NCBI RefSeq assembly: GCF_006345805.1
Contig: NC_043005.1
Location: 65,844,001-65,908,000 of the forward strand
Source: Octopus sinensis
Taxonomy: Eukaryota
Length of the DNA stretch: 64,000 nucleotides
Reading direction: 5' to 3'
Below, one piece after another: positions 12,795 through 25,799 of this stretch. The stretch's first letter is position 1; each line of letters begins with the position of its first letter. Position numbers and translations under genes: made by a program. The notes beneath the pieces are model-generated. The model saw only the letters and a program-made list of their open reading frames with translations. It was not told the origin of the DNA and searched no databases.

Positions 12795-12862
12795 GTTGGC
12801 CGTGTTTTTCAGCCTGTTTCCTACTGAAAACGACTCCACTTTGTCTGTTTGGTGGGTTCTCA

Positions 12863-12975
12863 CTTAATAGAAAAGGCAGGTAGATAATACAAAAAAGGTT
12901 CCCCGTCAGCAAAATGACGACAGGTAGACTGAGAATACGTTTGTAAACACAACTAAATCCGATGCACACGCTTAC
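12863..12975 (-). other. SYAP1: Probable 113-nt 5'UTR intron of SYAP1
   Basis: Donor GTAAGC at 12975, branch-like CTGAC near 12905-12909, acceptor cttttctattaag ending at 12863. Confidence 0.55.
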
Positions 12976-13629
12976 GTCATGTATATCAGTCCTGCACTGA
13001 ATGTAGCAATTGGTGGAGGAAAGAGGGGGAGAAAACAAAGCTAGCTGTAACAGCATAATGTTAAAGTCAACATATTTACAGTAGCAGTGACACCATTGTG
13101 AGGAATGTTATTTGCAATAATAATTATCATAATAATATCTTCTGTTTTTTTTTTTTAACGTTACTAAATATCATCTGTACCTAAATATACATTATATTAC
13201 AATTAAATTTTTTAAAGATAATGCTAAAATTATATGCTGCTGAAATGCCTAATAATCGCAATAAACCTTTTTTTTTTTTTTTTCAGGAAAAAAAAAAACA
13301 CTGTTCATTTTTTATTTTAATCTATATTATTAATGTTTCTTTCTGTTGTCACAATGTTTCATATTTGAAAATTTTATTACGAAGTAAGATTACATGATAT
13401 TCGGGCTTTTTCTTAAGCGCATTGAATGAAGCGGAGTGAATGAAACCAGGAGTATAAATATACTCGTTTTACTGGTAGCTTGTTTCTTTACAATATTCAC
13501 CACTGTCTATTTCTAGAACCGTTGTGAACGCAATTATGATAAATACAACGACTAGCTTGATCTACATGTTTTGTTTACTCTGATTATATATACATATATA
13601 TAAATATATATATATATTATATATATATA

Positions 13630-13667
<38 letters not shown>

Positions 13668-13739
13668 CTCGATATTGTAATTGATATTTTGATAATTTAT
13701 TTCAAACGGAGATATTTTGAGGCATAAATTACTCGTTTA

Positions 13740-13810
13740 ATTCATATTGTTTTCACACACGCACAGGGCCGGAACTTAAAGGAATGTCACGTGTACGCTC
13801 TGCGTAATGG
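13740..13810. promoter_or_regulatory. Candidate SYAP1 promoter
   Basis: Locally CpG-containing stretch with CCGGAAC (ETS-like) and CACGTG (E-box), about 1 kb upstream of the ATG. Confidence 0.3.
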
Positions 13811-14269
13811 AGAATTTCATTCATTCTGTATTCGACATCTGCTAGAAGCTGGTTATCATAAATTTCCTCTCGTTGCTTTTGTGACCCTTAGAGGCGTTTT
13901 GTTTTGGCACTCTGCAGGACCATAGTTCACTTTAAAATATATTTTTTGCTATTTAAGCCTCTCAAAGTCCATGTATATTTCGTTAATGTTTATTGTTCTT
14001 TTGGGGGGTAATACATCTACAACCCGTGACATCTAGAACATATTTACATCCCTAAACAATAAATATTCTTGCACAAGCAAACAAGGAGGGATTTACATGA
14101 TTGCTTGACCTCTTAGAATTATCAGCCAAATTCTCCTTTAGATCTCATTCCACCACCACTGGGAATTTCTCTTGACGAATATATTTCCTCGTCATAGCAG
14201 AAACTATGTAACTACAAAAGTTGGTAAATGTTTAAGATGAGAAAGGAGTTGTAATCATGTTATGTTTAA

Positions 14270-17110
14270 TAAGTTGAATTGTTAATAAGAGAAAGGATTA
14301 CTTTCAACTTTTATCATCTATGAAAATGTGGTCAGTTGTCACAAGAAGAAATAAATGTGTTACCACATGAACTGTGAGATGAATGGGAAGTTGGATAAAT
14401 AAAAAGAATAATCTTCGTTGTTTTATTCATGTTTATTGTTAAATTATTGTATTGGACGCAACAGTTCAGTGGGGGACAGCAGAATAACGCCAGAAATGTT
14501 TGTAATAGTAGTATATGAATATTCTGTGAAAGTGGTGAGTTTGTGTATACAATTCTCATTCTTTCAAATACAGGAATTTCACTCGGCATTACGCTTTACT
14601 ACTCTCATCACTTATTCCCGGACATTTATATTCTGTATTAGTTCTTAGAAAGGTCTCTTTCTAATATTTTCAAAAACAAATCTGATTGGACAGATAGGTG
14701 GTGAAGTCACTGCTCAAAAATTTGCCGGTTGTTTATATATAATTTTAGTGGCTAGATTTTTGCAGACAGCATTACTCATTCTACCAAAATTCTGGTTGTT
14801 GCTTACAAAGTATTTCCTGATCGGAAACAGCTAGTCCTGAGTACAAACCATAGTGTAACTCTATATCACATCCACATCAGAAAACTGGTTACATGACCAC
14901 AAGTAACATGTAGGATGTAAGTGTAGCAGCATGTGCTACTGATGATGACATATTCTACAGATAATGACAGATGGACAACAAATGTAGGAACTCTAAAGTT
15001 ACTTTAATGTACACATGAAAAGAGTACATTGACAGGCAGATGTAATGCAAGGGTAGAATCTCTACTGGCGGAACGTATAATCAATATGCATTCACATGTG
15101 TGAATATAGAGCAGCGTTTAATAGTCAGAGGATTCTGGATATGGTGCAGCTATCAATTTTCATTATAAGGAGCTGAAAGAAAAGAATTACTATATTCCCT
15201 ATCCATGGTATAAAAGAACAATTTGTGTGTGCAGTTAGGTAGGTGTCTTAAAGGAAATGCAGAGACCAAATGTGTCGGGGGTCCTGTAGTTGTGAGTTAT
15301 TATTGCACAACAAACTGCAAAACATATCCTAAATATGATGAGCCAAGTGAAATTGATTATATAGAGGGAAGAAGATAAATGGCTGAAAGAAAAATGCAGG
15401 AAGTGAAGTCTGTGTTCCTTGTTGGGCTGGCAATGTTAAGTCATGTAATGAATTCAACAGCTGGTGAAAAGTGATATAATGTAGTTTGAGCTGTTGCTAA
15501 GTGCACCAAACAACAGAAATACATGTCAGAGAAAAGAACTTAAGGCTGACATAGATCTAGAAACAATTGCTGAAGACACAGATACTAGGGTGCATATGGT
15601 ATTGAATGAAATGCATGCATGTTGCAATGTTATAAAAGCCAGAGTAACTGTAGAAAAACTTGTCTGATTCAAGAAAAATTATTATTTTATTAATTTTTCA
15701 TTAATAAAAATCAATGAAAAACAAGAAAGCAATGTGTGAGGTGAATGCATTGTGGATGGTGTGTAAATGAAAGAAGAGTATTGGAATCTGTAAAAATGTA
15801 TATGCAAAGGAATTGAAAGCCACTTGCACAGCTCTACAGGTTATGAATAAAGTGTTGTGTTAATGGTGGACTATGGAAAATGGAATATTGCTATATTCAA
15901 TCATGTCAGCATGAAGATACCAGTGTAAGTTGGAAACAGCTGTAAAGGTTCATTACCAAGGTCACCAATTAAACAATATGTGGTCACCAGTGTCACTGTA
16001 AGATATAGATGTGTGTATTATCACATTAATGAGATGAATGGACAGTTGGATGAATGAGGAGTGTAGTCATGGTTTTTGATTCATCATGTCTATTATTAAA
16101 TGATTGTATTGGATGTGATGTTTCATTGAGGAACCTGTAGTGAATTTTACAAGCATGAAGAGGATTCGATCCACCATAGCCAAATTTAAATTAACACTGC
16201 AACAGAACTTTTTCCATCTCTGACAGCAGTTTTACATTTTCCAGATGCCTTTATCTATGCCAAAATAATGTCTTCACTACTTGACCCTTTCTAACCTTTT
16301 CTACTTCACCAAAAGCTAGAATAGAGATAACAAGACCACCAACTAAATCTATTGTTCTCAATGATATATCTATCCTTCTGGATAGTTATATAAACCAGCA
16401 CATCCCAAGCAAAAATTAGTTCATCACAGTCATGACGACTCAATGGAGTTAGTCACAGTCGGTGACGACTCAACAAGGTCTGGCCGACTAACCTTGGTCA
16501 GAGGGAGAAAGCAACTGTGAGACAACACCCTACAATTTTCTCTAGCTCAAATTCTGTCCCTTACAACATCATTCTATCTCTCTCTGTAATTACTACTACT
16601 AAACAATGAAGAGGACACATACACAAACTTTACTTTGGATTTATCAAACCTGCCCGTTGAGGTAAGGTAATTGTAATGTAACGGTAAATAAATACTTTCT
16701 TAAAACTTTATACATAGTGCATTTTTCTCATCTTACAACTTGTGCTAACGACAAATTTTTATCGTCACTACTGCTGATTCCGACATTTAATATTATTGTG
16801 TACCAAATCAACCTAAATTCATTACAAACTACAGTGTGATGTCAGAAATCTGATTGTAATAATAGTATGTTTGTTCACAGACAATGTTTTGTGAAAGGGG
16901 CAAGCTAGTATTGCATAGGCAGGTCCTTTGACAGTAGTAATTGTGAAGAACCTGATGAATATAAAAATTTCCACAGGAGTTATGCATCACTGCTCACATA
17001 GCTTAGTTTCTGATTTCACACTCTGTGTTGGTTCTTAGAATGGCTCTTTTTAGTTGCTCCATTTCAAATCTGATTGGACAGATCTGTGGTGAAGTCTTTG
17101 CTCAAAAATT
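14270..17110 (-). mobile_element. Two highly decayed related fragments (about 14270-14750 and 15900-17110), probably Penelope-like
   Basis: Shared blocks AAATCTGATTGGACAGAT..GGTGAAGTC..TGCTCAAAAATT and GAGATGAATGG..AGTTGGAT. Minus frames give weak PLE-RT-like remnants (IHPTVH, IL-VTLV). Confidence 0.4.
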
Positions 17111-17169
17111 TAGCACTGAGATGCTTAAAATATCTGGCAGTGTAGGCTATGGTCTAGTCATCCATATAA

Positions 17170-17430
17170 TAATAATAAATACGCCCTTTTAAAGCCTAGC
17201 CAAGCTCATGGGCCCGGTTTCCTGGTTTCTATGGCGTATGTGTTCCCTGGCTGGACAGGACGCCAGTCCATCACAGCGTTACTCATTTTTGCCAGCTGAG
17301 TAGACTGGAGCAACATGAAATGAAGTGCTTTGCTCAAGAACACAATGCGTCGCCCGGTCCAGGAATGGAAACCACAATCTTACTATCATGGTGCTGACAC
17401 CCTAACCACTAAGCCACATGCCTCCACAGT
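17170..17430 (-). mobile_element. tRNA-head SINE family D
   Basis: Head GTGGAGGCATGTGGCTTAGTGGTTAGGG with A/B-box-like motifs. Related copies lie at 28170-28510, 47395-47695 and 56155-56400. Confidence 0.8.
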
Positions 17431-17664
17431 CACCCATATAGCCAAGAAGAATATTTTTTTAATGGCCCAACTACATGACAAGCATTTGGTTGCAATTAAA
17501 ACATCTCTGGTGAGTTTCAAAATTAAAACTTATTTATAATGGAAAGGGATATTTGAGAAGCTTCTGCTTGCCTTTTTGTCTAGGTGCAAAAACCAAAGCA
17601 GTATTTTCTTTTCTTTTGTTACACTGTTACCACAAGGTATGATTGGCTGTAATTTATGTTAATA

Positions 17665-18998
17665 CAGAGAGGGGCAGAGAGGACAGACGTTTTTGAAATG
17701 GCTATTACTCAGCCCCAGTGGGAGAGACATATGTTCAACAGGTACCATTTGGTCCGTAGTGTCTTAACACATTTTGCATTTTAGGTGAAGCCATGGTGCT
17801 GTGGACAATAGAGCATCACAGGTTTGCCTATGACAGTTATGTGAGGAATAATGAGTCTGTCACAGTAGTTCAGCATGACTTTTGGCACTACTTCAACATT
17901 CACTGAAATCAGGCTACTCCCACCTGTAACACAATCTTACATTGGGTGAATGCACTTTGTACACAAGGTATACTAATGAATAGGAGATCGGTGGGGGCAC
18001 CATGAATAATACAAACCCTGGAAAATGTGGAACACATCAGACAAGCTTTGATACAAAGTTTAAATTGCTCTGCTCAGAGGCATTCCACTGAACTTGGCAT
18101 CGGTAATCGATTGGTAAGGTGTATTTTGCATGAAAACCTGCATTTTCACCCATACAAATAGGTCATTGGGCAAGAGTTGAAACCATGGGACTATGCACAG
18201 TGGCTTAACTTCACCTGTCAAATGGAAGCAATTTTTGAGGCAAATGACAACCTCATTTTGTTAAAGAGTGATGAAGCTCATTTTCATCTCAGTTGCATGG
18301 TGATAAGTAGAACTGTCCTTATTGGTCTCATGAAATTCTAAGAGAACTGCACAAAAGACTGCACAGCCCAAAAGTGATGGTCAGGTGTGCTGTTGGAAAA
18401 GCTGCTGTCATTGGTCCTTACTTTTTTGAAGACAATAATGGAAATGCTGTTAATGTGAACTCTGAGCATTACATTGAGATGATAAACAACTTCTTTGTGC
18501 CTGAATTATGATGAAATAGTATGTCTATTCAACATGTGTGGTTTCAGGAGGATGGGGCAACAGTCCACACAGCCAGAGCATCAATGGACATTCTTCACCC
18601 TCTCTTTGGTGACCGCCTCATTTCCAGGTTTGTTGACATTCCTTGGCTCGCTCAGTCCACCGATTTGTCCATGTGTAATTATTTGTTGTGGTGAAGCCTC
18701 AAAGCATGTATGTATGTGCATAAACCCCATACATTGGACGATTTGAAGGAAGCTATTCACATGGAAGACACCTAATTTGACAGAGGAATGCTGGAGAGAG
18801 TGGAGACCAACTTCCAAGAACACCTTCAGAAATGCAACAATGAAAACGGACACCACATGATGGATGTTGTTTTCCACACTTGATTTTGACAAATGCTAAT
18901 TCAATATAAACATATTGATGTCAATAAAATTTGTTTGCAGCTAAACTTAATGATTATAAGAATTGTTCAAAAACGTCCATCCTCTCTGTCCCACCTTG
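17665..18998 (+). mobile_element. Full-length decayed Tc1/mariner of the DD41D (rosa-like) type
   Basis: Imperfect TIRs of about 34 bp (CAG.G.GGG.CAGAGAGGA..GACGTTTTTGAA). Transposase from ATG 17793 reads ...SDEAHFHL...IGPYFFED...QEDGATVHTA...DLSMCN, with 41 residues between the 2nd D and the 3rd position. Several stops and frameshifts. Confidence 0.9.
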
Positions 18999-19239
18999 TT
19001 TATGTTGCTTATCTGCATAGGCAGTTTAGCACCTGTTCTTATAAAATTACTAAATATGGTTGCATTGGCTAAACTGCAAATCTAAACTTAAACAGAGATG
19101 CTATAGGATTGATTCCGTAGAGAGCTCTTCTAGGCAAACTATATCACAAAGTCTATCTTTCTTCTTGAGGATTAGAAAATGCTTCAATGAAACTTAATGG
19201 ATGAGTCTACCACATTTGGAATGGTGTTGCTGCTGCTAC

Positions 19240-19560
19240 ACATATTGTCGTCCTGGACTGTGTCCAAAAAGGGGCTACATGTCTGATTAGCACAAAGCCA
19301 CTTATCACTACACTTTAATCACTTATCTCACTCCCCCTTTTCTATTGCTATTACAACGACCTCTGTTTCCCAGAGCTGGATGGTCTATTACCATCTACAG
19401 TCAGGCATTCCCAACTCAATTGTTTCTCATCTCATCACTCTTCCCAGACACCACTTTCTCCGAGGACACCAGCTGTCTGGAATCTGCCAACCCATGCATA
19501 TTTTTTCCAGCAGTCAACTGAAGAGGAAGGTTAATTTTTGTGATACAGTTTTTGCTATGA
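19240..19560 (+). mobile_element. CR1/Jockey-group LINE 3' remnant
   Basis: Decayed FYCYYNDLCFPEL...PRT..LWNL...RKVN, typical of the C-terminal region. Confidence 0.5.
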
Positions 19561-20729
19561 TAATGTTCATCCATCCATCCAGACAAACAAATTACACCCC
19601 TATTATTTTCTGTGATGGTAGTGTGTAATTTGAAGGAAATTTGGCAGCTCATTCTAACATGTCAAGTGATCATATAGAGCCTCTCTTGTTAGTTTGTGCA
19701 AGGAAATGTTTGAAAAGTATGTTAATGACATGTATCCCACTAGTCTTAGAAGGCCATGGTCATGGCCCCTCTCCTTCTGTTCATTGTAAAAAAAAATAAA
19801 ACATTTTTCTATGTTAGTTTTGCATCATTTCCTCTCCCCCTTTCACACTTATCACAAACCTTAATTCCACATCAAATGTTTTAAAGTCTAAATGCTCTCA
19901 GAATGTGTGTTGAACATTTTAAATGTCTGCACTGTATGTTGTATGTTGTGCTTGTTGTTATATGCAAGGAAGATACCTTTTTTATAGGTTTGGTATGGAG
20001 AAAGAAGCTGTACCCATGTTCTTCTTAGGCCCACCAAGACTAGTTAAATGAATGTAGTTAATGTTCCTCTCAAATAATTACAAGTTGAGAGAGAATACCA
20101 GAGAGTCAATGATTTGAGGAGGAAGAATTGGGTGTAGTGTTTAGAATGGGACCTGGAAAGCGGACACAATGTAGGTTATGGAGCGATGAGTGAATTAGAA
20201 GTTCTGAGTAAACAAGGTATGAGACCAGTCAGCTCTGAGAAGCAGAAGCTTCTGTAGTCATAATAGAAAACGTGGAGTAACAGCCTAAAATTGGAGGTGG
20301 GTTTTTTTTAAATTTTTTTTTTTAGCTGTCTAGGGTATCTGTATTTGTAGCAGCATCACCTTTGCAGATGTGTGAGCAGTGTTCTATTTTAGGTTGCTAC
20401 TGAGCTTTGTAATGACCAGTAGCTGTTGGGGATGAAGAGGAAGACCAGTATAGTTTTTGCCACATTGAGGGATATGTGGTTACCAGGAAAAATTCTCGAT
20501 GGTGTTAAGGCCTAGTATCTATAATGATACCGATTGCTTTATTTGCTGATAATCATATTTAGGAGTAAGAGAGTATGACAGTGACTTTTGAAATATTCTA
20601 TTGTTTTTGTGTTGTTGAAGGAGACAAGACTAATAGACACCACAGGAGAATGTTTTGTAGGTCTTTGTTCATCAAAGTCAATGCAGGTTTCTACTCTGTC
20701 ATTGAAGCAAATTAATACATATTCCAAGG

Positions 20730-21972
20730 CAGGCACCATTAATTGAAATGTTAACTTTGTTAACCATTAACCAGAAAGTTAACTTCAATAACCTTTATTC
20801 AATTAATTCTTTAAAAATGCAACAGAAGTTATCGATAAACCATTAACATTGATTTTTATTATAGAAAAAAAAATCAGTTTTTGCTCTAAAACTACCTAAA
20901 GGCACGTTTAAAAGGTGCCAAATCTATAAAATCAGCCTTTTCTGACCTTTTTAAGGACTTTAGAACCACACAACTATAGTTTTTTTTTTCTTTAGAGTTA
21001 AAATATGCTGATTTTATAGTTTTAACTTTAAAAAGACCTAAAAAAAGTTGATTTCATAGTTTTGGCCCTTTTTAAAGGTTTTTAAAGGCATTTTTAAAGG
21101 GTAAAAAAAACTCAAATGAAACACAATATTAGTATTAAAGGAAAAATGTTTATTGATAAAGTGGCCATAAAGAATAAAAATTTTAAATCTTAAAAACACG
21201 ATATATACATAATCTAATTTTTTCTCTTCTCATTCTCCATTTTCAGGTTGCCTTTCATGAAAATTAATTTTCATCACACAGGGATGATTTCTTGGCCCTC
21301 AAGATGTCATTACCCAAAGAGAACAAATGCTCCTCTGCAGCACTGGAGGGGATGGCTGTGTTGAACTTGATGAGCAAGTCCACCAACACTTGCTCCCCCT
21401 AGAAGGCAGCATCTGTCAGCAAGTCTTTGGAGTTGGTCTCCAACCAGGTCTTGATCAAATTTTGGGCCTTGTCCTTGAGTGACCTGTGGCTCCTGCTGCT
21501 CTCTTTCGGATGAGTGACAGCACTAAAGAAGTCATCCTCCTCTTCGTTGTTGCTGCTCACTTCATCAGACTGCTGCCTCATGGCCTCCTTGACCTTACCC
21601 TCCATGCTTTTTCTCACTTTGGTGACCTTGGTGTTGTCATACTTATCCAGCTGGACGAGATGAAACCTGGGGTGGAAGGCAGCAGCCAGCTGGTATTCCA
21701 CATTCTTCAGGAGGTTCCTAAACCTTTTGTCGATGCCTGCCAAAAGTGTGTCAACCAAGGGGCTGCAGTAGACAAGGCCCTTGGACTTCAATTTCTTGAG
21801 CCTAAAGATCATTGCAGCAACTTGAGTTAAAAGAACTTAACTCAAGTGGACTTGAGTTAACAGAAGTTAATTAGTTTGATAATTATTTCCAAAATTAACT
21901 TAAAAGTTAAATCGTTAACAAAAATGTTAACTTTGTTAATTAATGATTAATGGATTAACAGTTTGGTGCCCA
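20730..21972 (-). mobile_element. hAT transposon remnant (transposase C-terminal dimerisation region)
   Basis: ORF 21399-21812 ...LAAAFHPRF..., then after one stop FNTAIPSSAAEEHLFSLGNDILRAKKSSLCDEN (the hAT IPSSA.ERLFS motif). The ends carry related GGCACC/GTTAAC-rich inverted sequence. Confidence 0.8.
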
Positions 21973-22839
21973 GGTTTACATATTACACTATCATAGGAAC
22001 TAGCTCACCTAATTTCTTTTCAACCTTTACAAATACCCTACATCCAAGGTCCATGTCTTGCTATCAAGCAGTATCACACTTCATATATGAGCACCCAGCA
22101 ATATGTCCTTCTCTCTGAGAAGAGCAGACCCTAAATAGGTAAGAGCTCCTTGAACTTTTTCCATCCTGTTCTTACTATATTATTCAACATATTTATTCAT
22201 TTATATGCACCCATATATAATGCAATTTGCTAAATCTAGAAAAAAATATCTTTCATGTATGATATGCACTGACATTTCTAAAATAAAATATATTATACAT
22301 TGGTAAATCTATACATCCTAAACAAATCAAAGCATTAATTCAAATGTGATCTTTGAACTTTACAGGTTAAAATCTCCCTGTTACCGTTGCTGACAAGCAC
22401 ATGGCATTATTGCATTTTGACTTCCATTAGGTCAGCTTTGCCTTTTATGTTTTTGAGTCAATAAAATTTTTTTTTTTAATTATCGATTGAGCTTAGTAGG
22501 CTCATGAATGTTTGCCTAGACACCTTGCCACATTTGTTCCAGTTTTAAGTTCAAATCTCACATTGCATATTTAGATGGTAGACCTAATACATTGCCTGGC
22601 TTAACACCAACACCTTATGCTTGGAATTCCTTCAACAGAGTTTGCTCTGTTAGAACCAGATTTCTGGCCTGAAGATACCTTTCTCCTTTGTTCCCACCAG
22701 TGCCAGAGACTCTATAATGTCTCATGGACACTGCTGTCCATCATGACTGAAAAAAAAATACATATATGCATAAAGACAAAACTCACAAAATATACATGTG
22801 TATTTAACATGCATTCAAGCAAACACATGTACAAGTGTG

Positions 22840-23510
22840 TAAAAACAGCTTGCTTACCAACCATATGGTTCTGGGTTCAGCCCCTATGTGTGGCACTTTG
22901 GGAAAGTGTCGTCTACTTTAGCCTCAATCCTTGTGAGTGGATTTGATAGATGGAAACTGAAAGAAGCCCGTCATATATATACATATATATGTGTGTGTGT
23001 TTGTGTGTCTGTGTTTGTCCCCCCAACATCGCTTGACAACCGATGCTGGCGTGTTTATGTCCCCGAAACTTGGTAGTTCAACAAAAGAGACTGATAGAAT
23101 AAGTACTAGGCTTACAAAGAACAGGTCCTGGGGTTGATTTGCTTGACTAAAGGTGGTGCTCTAGTATGGCTGCAGCTAAAGGACTGAAACAAATAAAAGA
23201 ATAAAGGCATAGGTGTGGCATTCAGTCCTACAGTGTGACACCTTGGGCAAGTGCCTTCTATAATAGCCTTGGGCCAACCAAAGCATTGTCAGTGGATTTG
23301 TTAGATGGAAACCAAAAGAAGCTCGTTGCATATGTGTGTGTGTTTGTTCCCCACCACCACTTGACAACCGCTGTTGGTATGTTTACTGCCCCATAACTTA
23401 GCATTTCAACAAAAGGGACCAATAGAATAAGTACCATTTGACTAAAAATTCTCCAAAGCAGTGCCCCAGCATGGCCACAGTCTAATGACTGAAGCAAGTA
23501 AGAGATAAAA
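22840..23510. mobile_element. Cluster of SINE family B copies (+ 22840-23205, then an inverted partial copy and a + partial copy)
   Basis: Recognisable head, body and tail blocks. Confidence 0.75.
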
Positions 23511-25019
23511 GATATGTACACAAACATATACTCATTCATAAAAGTGAATAAGCAAACATGAATAAGCTTGAAAGCAAACATATAAGTCTTCAAACACACA
23601 TACACAAGCTGGCATACAGTGGGATATACACTGATTCATATGAGCATGCATATGCTGGGTATATGCAAATGAACAATCCAACTATCTGATTATTGATTTA
23701 TCAAAGTCTCAATTTCTCTATGGTTTAAGATGTCAGCTGAATTATAGCTATTGATCTAGCTCTATCTATCTTTCTACTATGAATCGGTCCATCTATCTAT
23801 CTGTCAGTGTATTGTTTCATGTAAGTATCTAATAAATCATCTGTCTCATGAACTATCAAAAAATCAAGTAATCAATAAGTCAGTTAATCAGTCTAATCCC
23901 CTCTCAGTAGAGCTACATATAGGAGACAAAGAATGAGTAGCTCATGTGATCCTATACAGGCATCTGTTATTTCAGTGTCCACTGACCAAATCCACTTGCA
24001 AGATTTCAGCTGGCCTGGGGATATAGCAGAAGACACTTACGCAAGGTGCAACACAGTGGGACTGAACCTAAGACCATATGGTTGGAAAACAAGTGCCTTA
24101 ACCATACTGGCTTGCCTGCTTTTATTTAAACCAAGAACAATCTATAGCTAGCATAGCCCATAAAATACCTGATGGTTTAAGATAAGCTTTGCTTTAAATT
24201 CATTTAATTCAAATTAATTCATATTCATTAATTATATATTAATTATGATGGAGTTAATGATGTTTATTCCTAATGAAACAGCTGTTGAAAGTAATTAAAT
24301 TATGATATATCTGTGAAATGTTTGCTTTCTGCTTATATACATACATACACACACATGTATAACTAGACATCTACATTTATACATAAACAATCCCTTTTCA
24401 AAATGATATGAAAGCAAGAAACTTTATTCCTGTATGCAGAAGATTCTACAAATAGAAATTGGTCATGGGTATTATAATTAATAATTACAGGATTTTTAGA
24501 GAATTGAGGTTGAGTTTGTTGAGAAAAAAGCTTTAGTGTTTGTTGTTTGTAGAAAGATTATTTATGGTAGGGTAGAAGGAGAGAGTGAGAAATTGTTATG
24601 TTTAGCTGTTGAAGAAATGTATAGGCTTGAAATATCTTTAAGGTTTTGTGTTTTCAGGAAAAGGTTAACAAAAATAATCTCCTCACAGTAACTTTCTATC
24701 AACACACATACAAAAACATATTTTCCTCATGTCATCTTCTATTCCCTTTCCTACATAACATTTTCCCTCAGTTTACCTAGACCACACCTAATTAACAATC
24801 ATATAGCACCAAAAAACAACTTGTCAAAGACTATACAAAGCTAAAGAGAACTCAAGTAAAGCACAATCTGATGACAGTGAACAAGTCAAAACTTTGAAGT
24901 TTCTGTCAACTTTTGTAGCAGAAGTTAGTAATCCTTCAGTTTAATGTTCAAATATTTTTATATAAAGCTTGACAAAAGAAACTCAATACATATCCAATTA
25001 TAATTTTTTTATAACACCA

Positions 25020-25200
25020 TCATCATCATCATCCTTTAGTGTCTGCTTTCTTTGCTGGCATGGGTTAGACAGTTTGACTGGAACTGGTAAGCTGGAGAGC
25101 TGCACTAGGTTTCAGTCTGATTTGACATGATTTCTATGGCTGGATGTCTTTCCTAAGGCCAACCACTCCAAGAGTGGGTACTTTTATATGCCACCAACAT
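25020..25200 (-). mobile_element. Non-autonomous element bearing the RTE 3' tail (family C)
   Basis: Matches the 3' end of the RTE at 39600-39775 and ends in (GAT)n. Confidence 0.7.
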
Positions 25201-25439
25201 GAGTGTGCTTGTGTATAAGTGTCTATCTGTGAGCACATATGAGTGTGCATGCACGTGTGTGTTGACATACTGGTTATGGGTACACCTGTATCTATGAATG
25301 TATGCATGGTTGCATTGTTTGTTTGTATGAATCTATGTCTGTGCTTTTTTTTTGCATGCATGTGTACTTGTTTGTCTGCTGTATGTATGTATGTACTTGT
25401 TTGTCTATGTATGTATGTATGTCTGCATGGGATTCTTAG

Positions 25440-25478
<39 letters not shown>

Positions 25479-25799
25479 ATGTATATATGTATGGTCTTTA
25501 TTTTTAATTATCTGAATTTTTCATGTAAGGAAGAAGCTAGATCCTAACAAAGATACAAAGCTCCATCATTAGAATGAAAGTAGCAAAAACAATACCACAT
25601 GTTGAACTTGAGAAAAGTCTTGCATATTTTTACTGCTCCACTAACAAATTGCATTTGTCATGTATACATTAGCTGATAGCTGTCTTTTTCTAAAAACTCT
25701 GACTTTGCTAGTATGTCTAAAGCACAATCAAGTATGCTAATTATTATAAGTATAAATATAAATTTAAATCTGGGTAGAGAAACCAAAGGTTTCAATGCA

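Noticed and set aside
12795-12863. GTG-initiated N-terminal extension of the SYAP1 ORF
   Set aside because: The GTG overlaps the splice acceptor at 12863, and homology begins at ATG 12794.
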